A DNA stretch of 59,356 nucleotides, filler included. It is 5 parts of 5 records of this genome, joined end to end, with 100 filler letters (N's around TTAATTAATTAA, not from the genome) between each part and the next. Parts side by side here need not be neighbours in the genome. Positions count along the whole stretch, not along the records: positions 6,550 to 36,524 come from DRR723986_9067; 4 more parts are not named here. The stretch is one strand, 5' to 3'. Positions within the stretch are counted from its first letter, which is position 1. The number at the start of each line of letters is the position of its first letter. The position numbers and the translations under genes were made by a program. The notes under the pieces were generated by a model that ran no database searches, was not told where the DNA came from, and saw nothing but the letters and a program-made list of their open reading frames with translations. This document shows, in pieces, positions 9,726 through 19,875 of the stretch.

Positions 9726-11819
9726 CTAGCCGCGTTTAGGGCGAGGAACCTTTCGCCCGACGCCTTTTTTCCGTCTGCCCTTTCGCCCCTTGGGTTGCTG
9801 GGAAGGATTGTCTTCATCGGTGACGGTTTCACCCACTTTGTCGCGTAGAGTGTGAATTTTGTCCCGAAGCGATGCAGCTCGCTCGAATTCCATTTCCTCG
9901 GCAGCCTGAAGCATCTCCTTCTCCAGGCTCTCGAGATACTCGTCCGTGACAACTTGCCCACCGCCGTCACCACTGATAACACTGCGAGCGTGCTTGCTTG
10001 CCTTGACGGCTGATTCGATTCCAGCGGAGATGTTTCGTTTTACCGTTTCCGGTGTAATGCCATGCTCGGTGTTGAATTCCTCTTGTAGCTTCCGGCGCCG
10101 AGACGTCTCGTCCATTGCGGCTCGCATTGAATCGGTAATCTTGTCAGCGTACAGGATAACCTTTGAATTCGAATTCCGTGCGGCTCGTCCGATGGTTTGG
10201 ATCAAGGACGTTTCGCTTCGCAGGAATCCTTCTTTGTCGGCGTCCATGATGGCGACCATCGAAACCTCCGGCAAGTCGAGGCCTTCACGAAGGAGGTTGA
10301 CGCCAACCAGACAATCAAATTTCCCTTGACGCAGGTCGTGCAATAGCTCGACGCGTTCGAATGCATCTAGCTCGCTATGAAGCCATCGACACCGAACATT
10401 TTGTTCCGTCAAATAGCCAGATAGGTCTTCTGCCAGTCGCTTGGTGAGAGCCGTTACCAGGATCCGTTCATCTCGATCAGCACGTAGACGCACCTCTTCC
10501 AACAGATGGGCGACCTGACCGCGGGCCGGAATCACTTCAACCTCAGGATCGAGCAGACCCGTTGGACGAATGATCTGTTCAACCACTTCGCCGCCGGTTT
10601 TTTCCAGTTCATAGTCGTTGGGAGTCGCCGAGACGTAAACGGCCTGGTTCGTTTTCTCTTCCCATTCTTCAAACTTCAGCGGTCGGTTATCCAACGCACT
10701 TGGCAAGCGAAAACCGTGAGAAACCAGTGTCTTTTTGCGACTTTGGTCACCCGCGTACATAGCCCGAATCTGTGGAACCGTCACATGGGATTCATCAATG
10801 ATCACCAAGAAATCTTCGGGGAAGAAGTCGTAAAGTGTATCTGGTGTTGCACCGGGGGGCTTACCAGAGAGCGGCCTGGAGTAGTTCTCAACTCCTGGGC
10901 AGTGCCCAACTTCCTGCAACATCTCGAGATCGAATCGCGTGCGAGCGTTCAGTCGCTGAGCCTCGAGGAGTTTGCCTTGTTTTTCGAACTCCTCCAATTG
11001 CTCTTTCAGTTCATCGCGAATCAGCTTGATGGCTCGATCAATGCGATCCTCGGGAGTCACAAAGTGCTTGGCAGGATAGACGAACACTTCCGTCAATCGT
11101 GAAATCACCTCTCCAGTAAGTGGGTTTGTGATCGATATCTGTTCGATCTCATCGCCCCACAATTCGATCCTGTATGAGAACTCCTCGTACGATGGCCAGA
11201 TCTCTAGGACATCTCCTCGCACGCGAAACTTACTGCGTTCAAAGGCTACATCGTTCCGCTGGTATTGGATATCAACCAGTTGCAACAGCACGTCGTCGCG
11301 AGAAATGGTTTCCCCTACCCGCAATGAGACCACCATGCTGCGATAATCTTCAGGGCTACCCAAGCCATAGATGCTTGAGACGCTGGCCACGATCAGTACA
11401 TCCGGTCGACTGACAAGGGCGCTGGTTGCAGCCAGGCGAAGCCGGTCAATCTCCTCGTTGATCGAGGCGTCTTTTTCGATATAAACGTCCCGCTGCGGAA
11501 TGTAAGCTTCGGGCTGGTAGTAATCGTAGTAGCTTACAAAATAGTGTACGGCATTGTTCGGGAAGAACCCCTTGAATTCGCTGTACAATTGTGCTGCCAA
11601 CGTCTTATTGTGGCTCAGCACGAGCGTTGGCCGCTGCACACGCTCGACAACGTTGGCCATCGTGAACGTTTTGCCGGAGCCCGTCACACCCATCAACACT
11701 TGGTGCTTGCTCCCAGCGTTGATTCCATTGACCAGAGCGTCGATCGCCCGCGGTTGGTCTCCTGCCGGAGCAAATTCGCTTACCAGAGTGAATGGATCGC
11801 CAGTTAGTTTCTGACTCAT
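9726..11819 (-). CDS. uvrB: Excinuclease ABC subunit B
   Basis: [20 protein letters not shown] beta-hairpin, [26 protein letters not shown]-terminal UVR coil. Confidence 0.98.
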   Translation of the reverse strand: MSQKLTGDPFTLVSEFAPAGDQPRAIDALVNGINAGSKHQVLMGVTGSGKTFTMANVVERVQRPTLVLSHNKTLAAQLYSEFKGFFPNNAVHYFVSYYDYYQPEAYIPQRDVYIEKDASINEEIDRLRLAATSALVSRPDVLIVASVSSIYGLGSPEDYRSMVVSLRVGETISRDDVLLQLVDIQYQRNDVAFERSKFRVRGDVLEIWPSYEEFSYRIELWGDEIEQISITNPLTGEVISRLTEVFVYPAKHFVTPEDRIDRAIKLIRDELKEQLEEFEKQGKLLEAQRLNARTRFDLEMLQEVGHCPGVENYSRPLSGKPPGATPDTLYDFFPEDFLVIIDESHVTVPQIRAMYAGDQSRKKTLVSHGFRLPSALDNRPLKFEEWEEKTNQAVYVSATPNDYELEKTGGEVVEQIIRPTGLLDPEVEVIPARGQVAHLLEEVRLRADRDERILVTALTKRLAEDLSGYLTEQNVRCRWLHSELDAFERVELLHDLRQGKFDCLVGVNLLREGLDLPEVSMVAIMDADKEGFLRSETSLIQTIGRAARNSNSKVILYADKITDSMRAAMDETSRRRKLQEEFNTEHGITPETVKRNISAGIESAVKASKHARSVISGDGGGQVVTDEYLESLEKEMLQAAEEMEFERAASLRDKIHTLRDKVGETVTDEDNPSQQPKGRKGRRKKGVGRKVPRPKRG

Positions 11820-11992
11820 AGGTGAATTCCGGAAAGACTAATTTTCGCGTTGAAGTGTGTCGGTGTAATCGAGAAAAGAGCCGTTCCGGAAGGTTACGCG
11901 GTATCCGCCCGTCTTTAACTCTCGAGATGGCGAATGACGAGATGTGACTGGAACGCGAGGCCACTCGTGATTCGAGCAACGCTATGCCTTGG

Positions 11993-12361
11993 TCAGTCAG
12001 AAGCAACTCTTAACAGTGGGCCGATCTCTGCAATTGTGGCATCACCGACTCCATGGACTTGTCTGAGGTCATCCACTGTTTCAAATGGACCATTCTCGGT
12101 TCGCCATCGCACTATTCTACCAGCCAGCGAAGGTCCGACGGTTGGCAATGCGCAAAGCTGCGACTCGGTTGCGGCATTTAAATCGAGCGACAGCGTTGGC
12201 TTGCGATCCAAGGCTCGTTCAAAACCGCCGGGCGACGAACTGTGCCACTGCGTAGTGGCGCTAATTGCAATCGCGACCGAGATTACGATGAAACACAAAA
12301 TCAAAACACGCAAGCTAGCTCGTTGGGCCAGCTTGCGTGCTGAAGGGTCTTTAGCCACCAT
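11993..12361 (-). CDS. ComEA-family helix-hairpin-helix DNA-binding protein
   Basis: N-terminal TM, LDLNAATESQLCALPTVGPSLAGRIV and GPFETVDDLRQVHGVG. Confidence 0.85.
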   Translation of the reverse strand: MVAKDPSARKLAQRASLRVLILCFIVISVAIAISATTQWHSSSPGGFERALDRKPTLSLDLNAATESQLCALPTVGPSLAGRIVRWRTENGPFETVDDLRQVHGVGDATIAEIGPLLRVASD

Positions 12362-12417
12362 GGGCTACCTGATGTCGATGGGAAAGTTGCGAGGCTCCGG
12401 GCCCACGCGAAGTGCTG

Positions 12418-15400
12418 TTAGGCCACTGCCGCTTTCTTTGCGTTGTTTTCCCGGTTGGTAATCCACAGTAGTACTGGCGAAGCCACGAAGATCGAACTGT
12501 AGGTACCGACCAAGACACCAATCAGGAGAGCGAACGCGAAGGTGTGAATTCCTTCACCACCAAAAATGTACAGCAACAGTACGGTCAGCAGTGTAGTACC
12601 ACTGGTGAGCAACGTACGGCTGAGCGTTTGGTTCACACTTTGATTGATCATCTCCTGCGTTAGCCGCGGACTTCTTCCGCGAACTTCACGGATGCGGTCA
12701 AACACAACAATCGTGTCATTGAGTGAGTAACCAATAATCGTCAAAAAGGCAGCAACTTCTGTCAGGCCGATCTTGAAATCCTCAATCAGCAGGAAGCTGA
12801 GTGGTCCAGAGAGCCAGTGGCACAGAGCGAGGACACCGACAGTAATCAGAACGTCGTGAACCAGCGCGACAACAGCGGCAAGTCCGTAGGCGACTTTTTG
12901 GAATCGGAACCAGATGTAGGCGACGATGAAGATCAGACTAACAAGGATCGCCCCAATGGCTCGCTGTTGCATTTCACCGGCGACGCGTCCGCCGATTGTG
13001 TTAAGCGAAAGCCACTTCGGCTCACCAGTCAACTCGCTTTCAAAGTCGGCGACAATCTTATCCGCCTCAGCTTGCCCGACTGGCAGCTTCACATGCCACT
13101 TCGTGTACGAACTTAGGCTCTTCATCGTCCAAGTCTCGGGCAGCGGCTCTGGGTAGAGTTCAATTGCGGCCTTGTTGATTGGAATGTTTGCACCTTCAGC
13201 CGCGGCTACGATACTGTCCTTGAGCGTCTCGCCACTGATCTTCGCTTCCGCGTCATCACTGCCCGAGAACTCAAGTTCAAATTCAGTAAATACAAGCGGT
13301 GCGGCGCTGATCGATGGATTATCGCCAGTTGCAGCGGCATCGCCGTCGACGTCAACAGCACCACTGGCATCGACTTCCGCAGCAGCATCCGCAGCGGGGG
13401 CGTCACCAGCGGGAGCAGCTTCTGTAGTTTCGTCCTGTGTTTCAGCCTGGTAGGAAATGTAACGAACCTGAGGCTTGAACAAGAAACTACCGGAGTCCTG
13501 TGGCGTGTACTTCACACGATAGGTGACAACGCCGAGCTGATTCTCTTCGAGGCCGCCGAGCAGTTTGGAAGCCAGGACTTGGGGATCGTCAATGCTGGTT
13601 ACAAGCGTGTACACCGTGTTGGCGGGTTCTTGCTCGACCTCAACGAGTGTTGACTCAATCGGCTCTTCGCCTTCACCGGCGACCAGAATGCCTTGTGTAA
13701 TCTCACGCAACTTGTCCGTTTCGACCGGTTCGGTGAGCTGGAATGTAACCGATGCACCTCCGGTGAAGTCAATGTTCAGCAGCCCGGAGCCTCGCATGAA
13801 TACGGCTCCGATGCCGACCACGATCAGAATCATCGAGAAGATGAATGAGAAGCCACGTCCGGACATGAAGTCGATGTCCTTGGCACCTAGGAATGCACTT
13901 TTAAGCAGCCCGACGCCGTCGGACATGGAAAGGCTGACAAGCTTCAGCTTCTCGCAGATTTCAAAAATGATTCGCGAACAGAACGTCGCGGTGAACATAC
14001 TTGTTGCGATACCGATGATCAACGCAACTGCAAAGCCGCGAACTTGGTCGGTACCAATCCAGTACAAAACAACCGCCGCGATCAGCGTTGTCAGGTTCGA
14101 GTCAATAATTGTGGTAAACGCTCGGTCAAAGCCGTTGCGGATCGACATTCGCGGAGCCGAGCCTTTTGCTCGTTCCTCACGTATCCGTTCAAAGATCAGA
14201 ACGTTCGCATCCACCGACATGCCGACCGTCAGAACCAAACCAGCAAGGCCTGGAAGCGTCAGCGGCTGTTTGATGAAGATCATGATGCCGAAGATCAGCA
14301 AGCCGTTGATGATCAGTGCAACAGAAGCAACGATGCCTGCAAACCGGTAATAAACCAGGATGCAAAGGAAGGTTGCAAACACGGCCCAAAGAGACGCTGT
14401 GAACCCCTTTTCGATTGTCGCTGCTCCGAGACCAGCACCAACAACTGTCTTACTTGCAGGCTCAGATTCCAGGGTCGCAGGAAGACGTCCAGCCCGAAGG
14501 ACCGTTACGAGTGAGTCGACTTCTGCTTTGGTAAATCGCCCTTGAATAACACCCGCTGAGCTGATTGGAGAGTTGAGCTCTGGAGCTGAAAGAACTTCGC
14601 CATCCATGATGATCGCCATGCGGCGTTTGAAGACGTCGTCGGACGTATTGATACCGCCGGTCAATCGCATCATCTTCATGCCGCCTTGAGCATTCAGACG
14701 GAAGCCAACTTCCGGTGCACCCGTTGTTTGGTTGAAATCAACACTCGCGCTGGCAAGATCTTCACCTTGCACGACTGCAAAAGGTCGCCCGGCGTACTCA
14801 AACGCCATCAGCGTGTCGATAGCCCGAATGCCAGACTGTTCCATCCACTTCTCGACGGCATAGTCTTCGTCGTTCAGTGGTGGAATTTGGAGGATCTCGC
14901 CCGTGAAGGCATTGCGAATAATGTCGCCACGAATTCCCGTCTTAAGAGGAAAGACGCCGTCGACCATCTTGTCTTCTCGACCAACGCGATACCAACGACC
15001 AACCTCGTTACCTTCGGCGTCGAGCACCTTCTCCTTGGGTGGTTTGGCCTCAGATTGCAAGCGAGCTTGCTGGATGATTTCGTCGTGGTCACGCGTGTTG
15101 GCAACGATACGAAACTCAAGCTGACCGGCCTTCACCAAGGTGTCTTGGATCTGGCTAATAGCCATCTCATCGGTCTCAGGGATGATCAGCTCAATCTGAG
15201 ATTCGCCAAGGGCTCGAATGACAAGGTCACTGGTGCCTGATGGGTTCAACCTGCTGTTCAGAGCGGACGCCAATTCAGCGGGATCAATTTTCTCGCCGTT
15301 GTCGTCAGGAACAATGTTGTAAACAAGGTTTGTTCCACCCTTGATATCGATGCCCTGCTTGAGCTGGAAATCATTCTTGTAGGAGAAAATGAACGCACCA

Positions 15401-15651
15401 ATAATGGCTGCGAGCATCAACCCGACTCGAGTCGAATGCGTTTGCATTCGAACTGCTTTACAGAAGAAGTGGCTGATGATGAACGGCAGGACAAAAATGG
15501 CAAGGATGATGCCAAGGTTTGTGCCGTATGTCGTCCAGTCAAAACCGGTCTGTTCCAGCGTGGCCGCTGCATCGACTGCGCCATCCGGAGCGCCATCTTG
15601 CGCGAGCAACAGAGATGGTGAGAGGAATTCGAAAATCGAATTAACGTCCAT
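12418..15651 (-). CDS. secDF: Fused protein translocase subunit SecDF
   Basis: GIDIKGG, LRAGRLP, GMSVDANVLIFERIREE (SecD); IDFTGG, GYSLNDTIVVFDRIRE, GTYSSIFVASP (SecF). Likely start ATG 15651 after GAAGGG. Confidence 0.95.
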   Translation of the reverse strand: MDVNSIFEFLSPSLLLAQDGAPDGAVDAAATLEQTGFDWTTYGTNLGIILAIFVLPFIISHFFCKAVRMQTHSTRVGLMLAAIIGAFIFSYKNDFQLKQGIDIKGGTNLVYNIVPDDNGEKIDPAELASALNSRLNPSGTSDLVIRALGESQIELIIPETDEMAISQIQDTLVKAGQLEFRIVANTRDHDEIIQQARLQSEAKPPKEKVLDAEGNEVGRWYRVGREDKMVDGVFPLKTGIRGDIIRNAFTGEILQIPPLNDEDYAVEKWMEQSGIRAIDTLMAFEYAGRPFAVVQGEDLASASVDFNQTTGAPEVGFRLNAQGGMKMMRLTGGINTSDDVFKRRMAIIMDGEVLSAPELNSPISSAGVIQGRFTKAEVDSLVTVLRAGRLPATLESEPASKTVVGAGLGAATIEKGFTASLWAVFATFLCILVYYRFAGIVASVALIINGLLIFGIMIFIKQPLTLPGLAGLVLTVGMSVDANVLIFERIREERAKGSAPRMSIRNGFDRAFTTIIDSNLTTLIAAVVLYWIGTDQVRGFAVALIIGIATSMFTATFCSRIIFEICEKLKLVSLSMSDGVGLLKSAFLGAKDIDFMSGRGFSFIFSMILIVVGIGAVFMRGSGLLNIDFTGGASVTFQLTEPVETDKLREITQGILVAGEGEEPIESTLVEVEQEPANTVYTLVTSIDDPQVLASKLLGGLEENQLGVVTYRVKYTPQDSGSFLFKPQVRYISYQAETQDETTEAAPAGDAPAADAAAEVDASGAVDVDGDAAATGDNPSISAAPLVFTEFELEFSGSDDAEAKISGETLKDSIVAAAEGANIPINKAAIELYPEPLPETWTMKSLSSYTKWHVKLPVGQAEADKIVADFESELTGEPKWLSLNTIGGRVAGEMQQRAIGAILVSLIFIVAYIWFRFQKVAYGLAAVVALVHDVLITVGVLALCHWLSGPLSFLLIEDFKIGLTEVAAFLTIIGYSLNDTIVVFDRIREVRGRSPRLTQEMINQSVNQTLSRTLLTSGTTLLTVLLLYIFGGEGIHTFAFALLIGVLVGTYSSIFVASPVLLWITNRENNAKKAAVA

Positions 15652-15701
15652 TGATATCCCTTCGGGAACGCAGGTCGGCCCGCGACGCACGTGTCGCTTA
15701 C

Positions 15702-16190
15702 CTAGGCCTTCTTGTTCTTGTTTTCTTCAGGAACGACCACTTTCGCGATCGCGTCTCGATTAATCGTTAGTTTTGCACCGGATGCGTCATCAATACGAAT
15801 CACAACCGTGTTGTTTTCATTCGTTTGCACTACCGTGCCGTGGATGCCACCGGACGTCACGATTCGTGTGTTCTTCTTAACGTCTGACAGTGCTTTTTGT
15901 AGTTCTTTGTATTGCCGCTGCTGAGGCCGCACGACAATGAACATGAACAAAATGGCACTGAGAAGTATCAGGTTGATTGGGTTGCTGAAAAAGCTGCTGA
16001 AGAAATTGCCCGGTGTTGCTTCGGTCGTCGCCGCCGGATCCCCGTCTGTTGCCCCAGTTGGAGCGGCAGCAGCCGAGTTCGCAGGCGATTCGCCGCCAGC
16101 CTCACCCTGGGCCAGCGCGGACGGTTGCATCGCAATGCATGCGAGCAATATCACCACAATTCTGGCACTCTGTGCGACCTTTTGGAGCAT
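15702..16190 (-). CDS. yajC: Preprotein translocase subunit YajC
   Basis: TM followed by RPQQRQYKE and IVTSGGIHGTV; directly upstream of secDF. Start uncertain (16190 or 16205). Confidence 0.9.
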   Translation of the reverse strand: MLQKVAQSARIVVILLACIAMQPSALAQGEAGGESPANSAAAAPTGATDGDPAATTEATPGNFFSSFFSNPINLILLSAILFMFIVVRPQQRQYKELQKALSDVKKNTRIVTSGGIHGTVVQTNENNTVVIRIDDASGAKLTINRDAIAKVVVPEENKNKKA

Positions 16191-16391
16191 CTTTTTTCCC
16201 AGCAAACCGCTGACGGATCTTCACTATTCTGCCCAATCGACTCAACTTCATGTGAAGCTAGCAATTCTGCCGGTCCACATTTTCCACGCAGTTGAGAGCA
16301 AAGCGAAATGATACGAGTGAGGCCAGAATGCCACAAGACCTACCGGGATGATCCGTGGGCAACGCAGTTCTTAAATCAACACAATCTAGAA

Positions 16392-16461
16392 GTAGTGGGC
16401 AAGGCCACGAGTCCTTTAGAAATCACTCACGGATTCGGGGACTCGTGACCTCGTCCACTAC
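16392..16461. repeat. REP-like imperfect inverted repeat with GTAG ends
   Basis: GTAGTGGGCAAGGCCACGAGTCC (16392-16414) pairs with GGACTCGTGACCTCGTCCACTAC (16439-16461), 20/23 complementary. Confidence 0.65.
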
Positions 16462-16561
16462 GCGGAAGGCGACCCCAGGTAAATAGCTGAGTTGCCCTGG
16501 GGATGGTGATTGGTGGGGTGCACCCACCCTGCGTGTTAGACTGGTGTGATGCTCAGTGGTT

Positions 16562-17380
16562 TTATGACTGAACCATGTTGAGAAGCCGCCCTGGGCTGCC
16601 CATCATGTTGTAGCCGCCATCGATGTGGAGGATCTCGCCAGTGATCCCGTCGCTCATCGGACTCAGCAGGTAAGCGCCACTTTGGCCAACTTCTTCATGG
16701 GTTACGTTTCTACCCAGCGGCGCCATGTGCTCGTAAAGTTTCAACATATCGTCGACGCCTGCTGCTCGCCCAGCAAGAGTTCGCATCGGGCCGGCGCTGA
16801 GTGCGTTGACGCGCACTGCGTGTGGGCCAAGATCGTACGCCAGATAGCGGACCGTGGCTTCAAGGGCCGCCTTGCATATGCCCATGACATTGTAGCCCGG
16901 AACGCACTTTTCACCGCCAAAGTAGGTCATTGCTGCAACGGAAGCGCCAGGAGCAAAAATGCTACGGGCCGCATTGGTAACGGCAATCAAACTGTAGCAG
17001 CTCACATCCATGGCAAGCTTAAAGCCATCGCGGCTCGTTTCGACCGTGTCGCGAGCCAAATCGTTTCGATCTGCGAAAGCGATCGAGTGCAAAAGGAAGT
17101 CGATCTTGCCGAATTCTGTCTCGGCCGTCTTCATCACTTCCGCGATGTTCTCATCATTCTGTACGTCCAATGGCACGAGAAACTTCGCATTTTCGTACTG
17201 ATCGGTCAGTTTGCTAACTCGGCGGCGATTCTTCTTTCGCTCGTCCTCTGGTTTGTCCGGCAAGTGAGTGAAGCCACATTGGCCTCCGTTTTCCAAGATG
17301 AACTTGGAAATCGCCCACGCTATCGAGTTTTCGTTGGCAACGCCTAGGATGAGTCCCTTTTTGCCTTCAAACAATCCCAT
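16562..17380 (-). CDS. fabI: Enoyl-ACP reductase
   Basis: GVANENSIAWAI, LLHSIAFA, YNVMGICKAALE, VNALSAGPMRTLA, HIDGG. Confidence 0.95.
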   Translation of the reverse strand: MGLFEGKKGLILGVANENSIAWAISKFILENGGQCGFTHLPDKPEDERKKNRRRVSKLTDQYENAKFLVPLDVQNDENIAEVMKTAETEFGKIDFLLHSIAFADRNDLARDTVETSRDGFKLAMDVSCYSLIAVTNAARSIFAPGASVAAMTYFGGEKCVPGYNVMGICKAALEATVRYLAYDLGPHAVRVNALSAGPMRTLAGRAAGVDDMLKLYEHMAPLGRNVTHEEVGQSGAYLLSPMSDGITGEILHIDGGYNMMGSPGRLLNMVQS

Positions 17381-17436
17381 CAGTTTCTCTCTCTGTGTTG
17401 CTTCAGATCAAAATCGCGGTCTTACAGGGCCAGCGG

Positions 17437-17712
17437 TTACTGTGCCTGCATTCTTTCGCGGACGTAATCCACTAAGTCTTGAACGGTCTCGTTGTCCACA
17501 ACCGCTTCGTCAACGGAAATCGCAAACTCTTTCTCTAACTCGAGTGCAAGTTCGGCCATTCCGATCGAGTCGACACCAATCAGCACCAAGTCGTCGGTCA
17601 GCTTGGGCGAGCCGCCAAATTTTGAGGCTAACCGGGCCAGAATCTTTTCTTCCAGATCCGGTGCCGTATCCGCGCTCTGGCTGTCGTTTGAATCAGGCAT
17701 TGCGTCATCCAT
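17437..17712 (-). CDS. Acyl carrier protein
   Basis: IGVDSIGMAEL phosphopantetheine-attachment motif, LEKEFAI, TVQDLVDYV; acidic; next to fabI. Confidence 0.85.
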   Translation of the reverse strand: MDDAMPDSNDSQSADTAPDLEEKILARLASKFGGSPKLTDDLVLIGVDSIGMAELALELEKEFAISVDEAVVDNETVQDLVDYVRERMQAQ

Positions 17713-17974
17713 GGCTCGCCACCGGCTAAGAGTCGAGGTTTCTGGTGCGAAGGAGTGCATTCACTTTGCACTCTCAGACCGAGCTTCGCTAGTCCAGCCA
17801 ACTTCAGGTTCTTCGTCCCAGCCAGCGTTTGGTCGTAAGTGTCCGCAGATTCTACGCTGGTGCGGCAAACTTCGCGATACCAGGCATCACCGCTTTCGAC
17901 AAAGGTCGGGGTCACACGCTGGCGCTAGAAGTTCGCATTGGAAGATGAAGGATCAGAGTCAGGTTCAGGCCAAT

Positions 17975-18400
17975 TCAGCATTCTTCACGTAAGCTCGGAC
18001 CGCCAAAATTCGCCTCGTCGTCACTTCCCACCGTCTCGTATTCACTCAGCGCCTCAGCCAGCAGCTTTATCGGAAGGTCGCGACAGTCCTCTGGCGGCAA
18101 AGCATCCTTAGAGCAGCCCAACCCCTGCAGTGAAACTTCCATCGCCTCGGTGGGCGACAAGTTCTCAATATGCTGCATCAGAATGGAAGCGATTCCCTCG
18201 CACGTCGCACAGCCCATCCCGTCAAACCAAGCTTCCTCGATGACACCACGCGCCGAAACGGCAATCTCCAGTTGCAATTCGCACTGCCCATGTTCGCCAC
18301 TGGCACCGCAAGATGGACGATCGCAAGGCCCGCGATGGTAAGGATCTTGAAAGTGGTTTTCGAGAAGTTCGGTAAATTTCACACTACTGGCCTGAGTCAA
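17975..18400 (-). CDS. IscU/SufU/NifU-N-like Fe-S scaffold protein (divergent)
   Basis: LENHFQDPYHRG, EAWFDGMGCATCEGIAS, a C-terminal Cys. Confidence 0.7.
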   Translation of the reverse strand: MTQASSVKFTELLENHFQDPYHRGPCDRPSCGASGEHGQCELQLEIAVSARGVIEEAWFDGMGCATCEGIASILMQHIENLSPTEAMEVSLQGLGCSKDALPPEDCRDLPIKLLAEALSEYETVGSDDEANFGGPSLREEC

Positions 18401-18677
18401 ATGAGCGGAAAATCCAAATCCTGTGGAGCGACTCCAACTTGCTGCAGAGCAACACTACGGCGAGACGCAGTCACCACTGAAGCAGAAATCCCATCTTAGC
18501 CGCCCGATAGTTTAGAATGAAGGCTATCCAGAATCGGCCAGCAATGGACCACGGCGTGGCGCGGCAGCTCGACGAAGCCCCTAGTCACAAGTGCTGCTAT
18601 TGATCGGCCGCCGATGGATCCATTCTAGTCTTTTCCACTGTTCGCCTTTTCCAATTTTTCCCGATCGAGGAAATCAC

Positions 18678-18947
18678 ATGGCCGGAGCGATTGTTGACCC
18701 GGAGCAACTGCGCCAATTTGCAGCCATGCTCAAACGATACACTCAACAAGTGCGTGAGTCGACAACTGGGCTGCAACAAGCACAAGCTCGGCTCGCCGAA
18801 ACCTGGCGTGACCAAGAGCACCGAAAATTCTCCGAAGAATTTGACGAGCAAATCAAGTTGGTTAGCAAGCTGCTCGAATCATCCGAGAAGCACATACCGT
18901 ATCTGCTCAAAAAGGCAGAAATCATAGACGAATACTTGCAGCGGTAA
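18678..18947 (+). CDS. WXG100-family protein (W-x-D variant), 89 aa
   Basis: GAGG RBS then ATG 18678. N-terminal IVDPEQLRQFA, central TWRDQ between two amphipathic helices, C-terminal KAEIIDEY; size and layout of ESAT-6/EsxA-like proteins. Confidence 0.8.
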   Translation: MAGAIVDPEQLRQFAAMLKRYTQQVRESTTGLQQAQARLAETWRDQEHRKFSEEFDEQIKLVSKLLESSEKHIPYLLKKAEIIDEYLQR

Positions 18948-18953
18948 TACTCG

Positions 18954-19550
18954 ATGGAGCACAAAGCAAACGTCACTTCGTTCGAACACTTGGTTGAACT
19001 CCACCGTGGGCTAGCCTCGTATCGCGGCCACATGGCCAAGGAGCTCGATGCACTGCAAGTTGAACTGCGGAGGTTGACGAACTGGATCAGCGTTGACGCG
19101 CGACAGTACTGGTCAGGAGAGCTGACCAAGGCGACACGCTTCATGGTCGAATGCCAAGACGCACTCACTCGCTGCCAGTCATATGTCCGCGAAGACGAAA
19201 AACGCCCTTGTACAGAAGAGAAGAAACGGCTCGCGAAGGCCAAAGAACGACGCAAACTGTGCGAACGGATGGTTCGGTGCGCCGCCGCTGCGGCAACTGC
19301 CTGGGAACGTGAACAAATAAAAAACCATTCCAAGACCCAGCGCTTGGCGGATTTGGTCGAGACCGACTTACAGGTTGCTGCCAACCATCTTCAAGGCCAG
19401 ATCGAACTGCTCGACAAATACACTCGCGTTACCAGCGGCGCCGTCACCGCCGAATCCACGACCGATCCAGTCGTTGAAACTGGCGATGCCGATCTGTCTG
19501 ATCCTGAAGACGCGCCGCAGCCACAGGAGACACCCGATGCGCCGAATTAG
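18954..19550 (+). CDS. Helical/coiled-coil protein, extended WXG100-like, acidic tail
   Basis: Starts 6 nt after the WXG100 gene; all-helical heptad pattern, YWSG near residue 46, several Cys. Confidence 0.65.
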   Translation: MEHKANVTSFEHLVELHRGLASYRGHMAKELDALQVELRRLTNWISVDARQYWSGELTKATRFMVECQDALTRCQSYVREDEKRPCTEEKKRLAKAKERRKLCERMVRCAAAAATAWEREQIKNHSKTQRLADLVETDLQVAANHLQGQIELLDKYTRVTSGAVTAESTTDPVVETGDADLSDPEDAPQPQETPDAPN

Positions 19551-19779
19551 TCACGACCTTCCGGGGGTAACCAGTCGAATCAATCGCCGCACACAGCAGC
19601 TTGTCCTTCAAATGGAAGAGACTCAAGAGCACTGGAAAGACAAGAAGGCTCAAGAATTCATGCAACGCCATATTTCAGACGTAGCCCCTTGCGTCAGCCA
19701 GGTAGTGGCGGCAATGCAGAAGTCATGCGAACTTTTTGAAAACATAGCTAAACAATTGCGTGACCCAGACGCACCGTAA
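19537..19779 (+). CDS. Small WXG100-like helical hairpin protein (W-x-D), 80 aa
   Basis: AGGAGA RBS at 19525-19530 then ATG 19537, overlapping the previous gene's end; central HWKDKKAQEF resembles TWRDQEHRKF of the first gene. Confidence 0.7.
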   Translation: MRRISHDLPGVTSRINRRTQQLVLQMEETQEHWKDKKAQEFMQRHISDVAPCVSQVVAAMQKSCELFENIAKQLRDPDAP

Positions 19780-19816
19780 CGTATCGATCAGTACCGTAAC
19801 GTATCGATCAGTACCG
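19773..19816. repeat. 20-bp tandem duplication (2.2 copies)
   Basis: ACCGTAACGTATCGATCAGT twice plus ACCG; the first copy contains the TAA stop of the 80-aa gene. Confidence 0.9.
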
Positions 19817-19875
19817 CCGATCACACAAAATCAACCTACTCTTCTCTTCACTCATCTCGTCGTAGGTCCGAAGCC

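Noticed and set aside
19773-19816. CRISPR array
   Set aside because: Two adjacent copies with no spacers and no cas genes.
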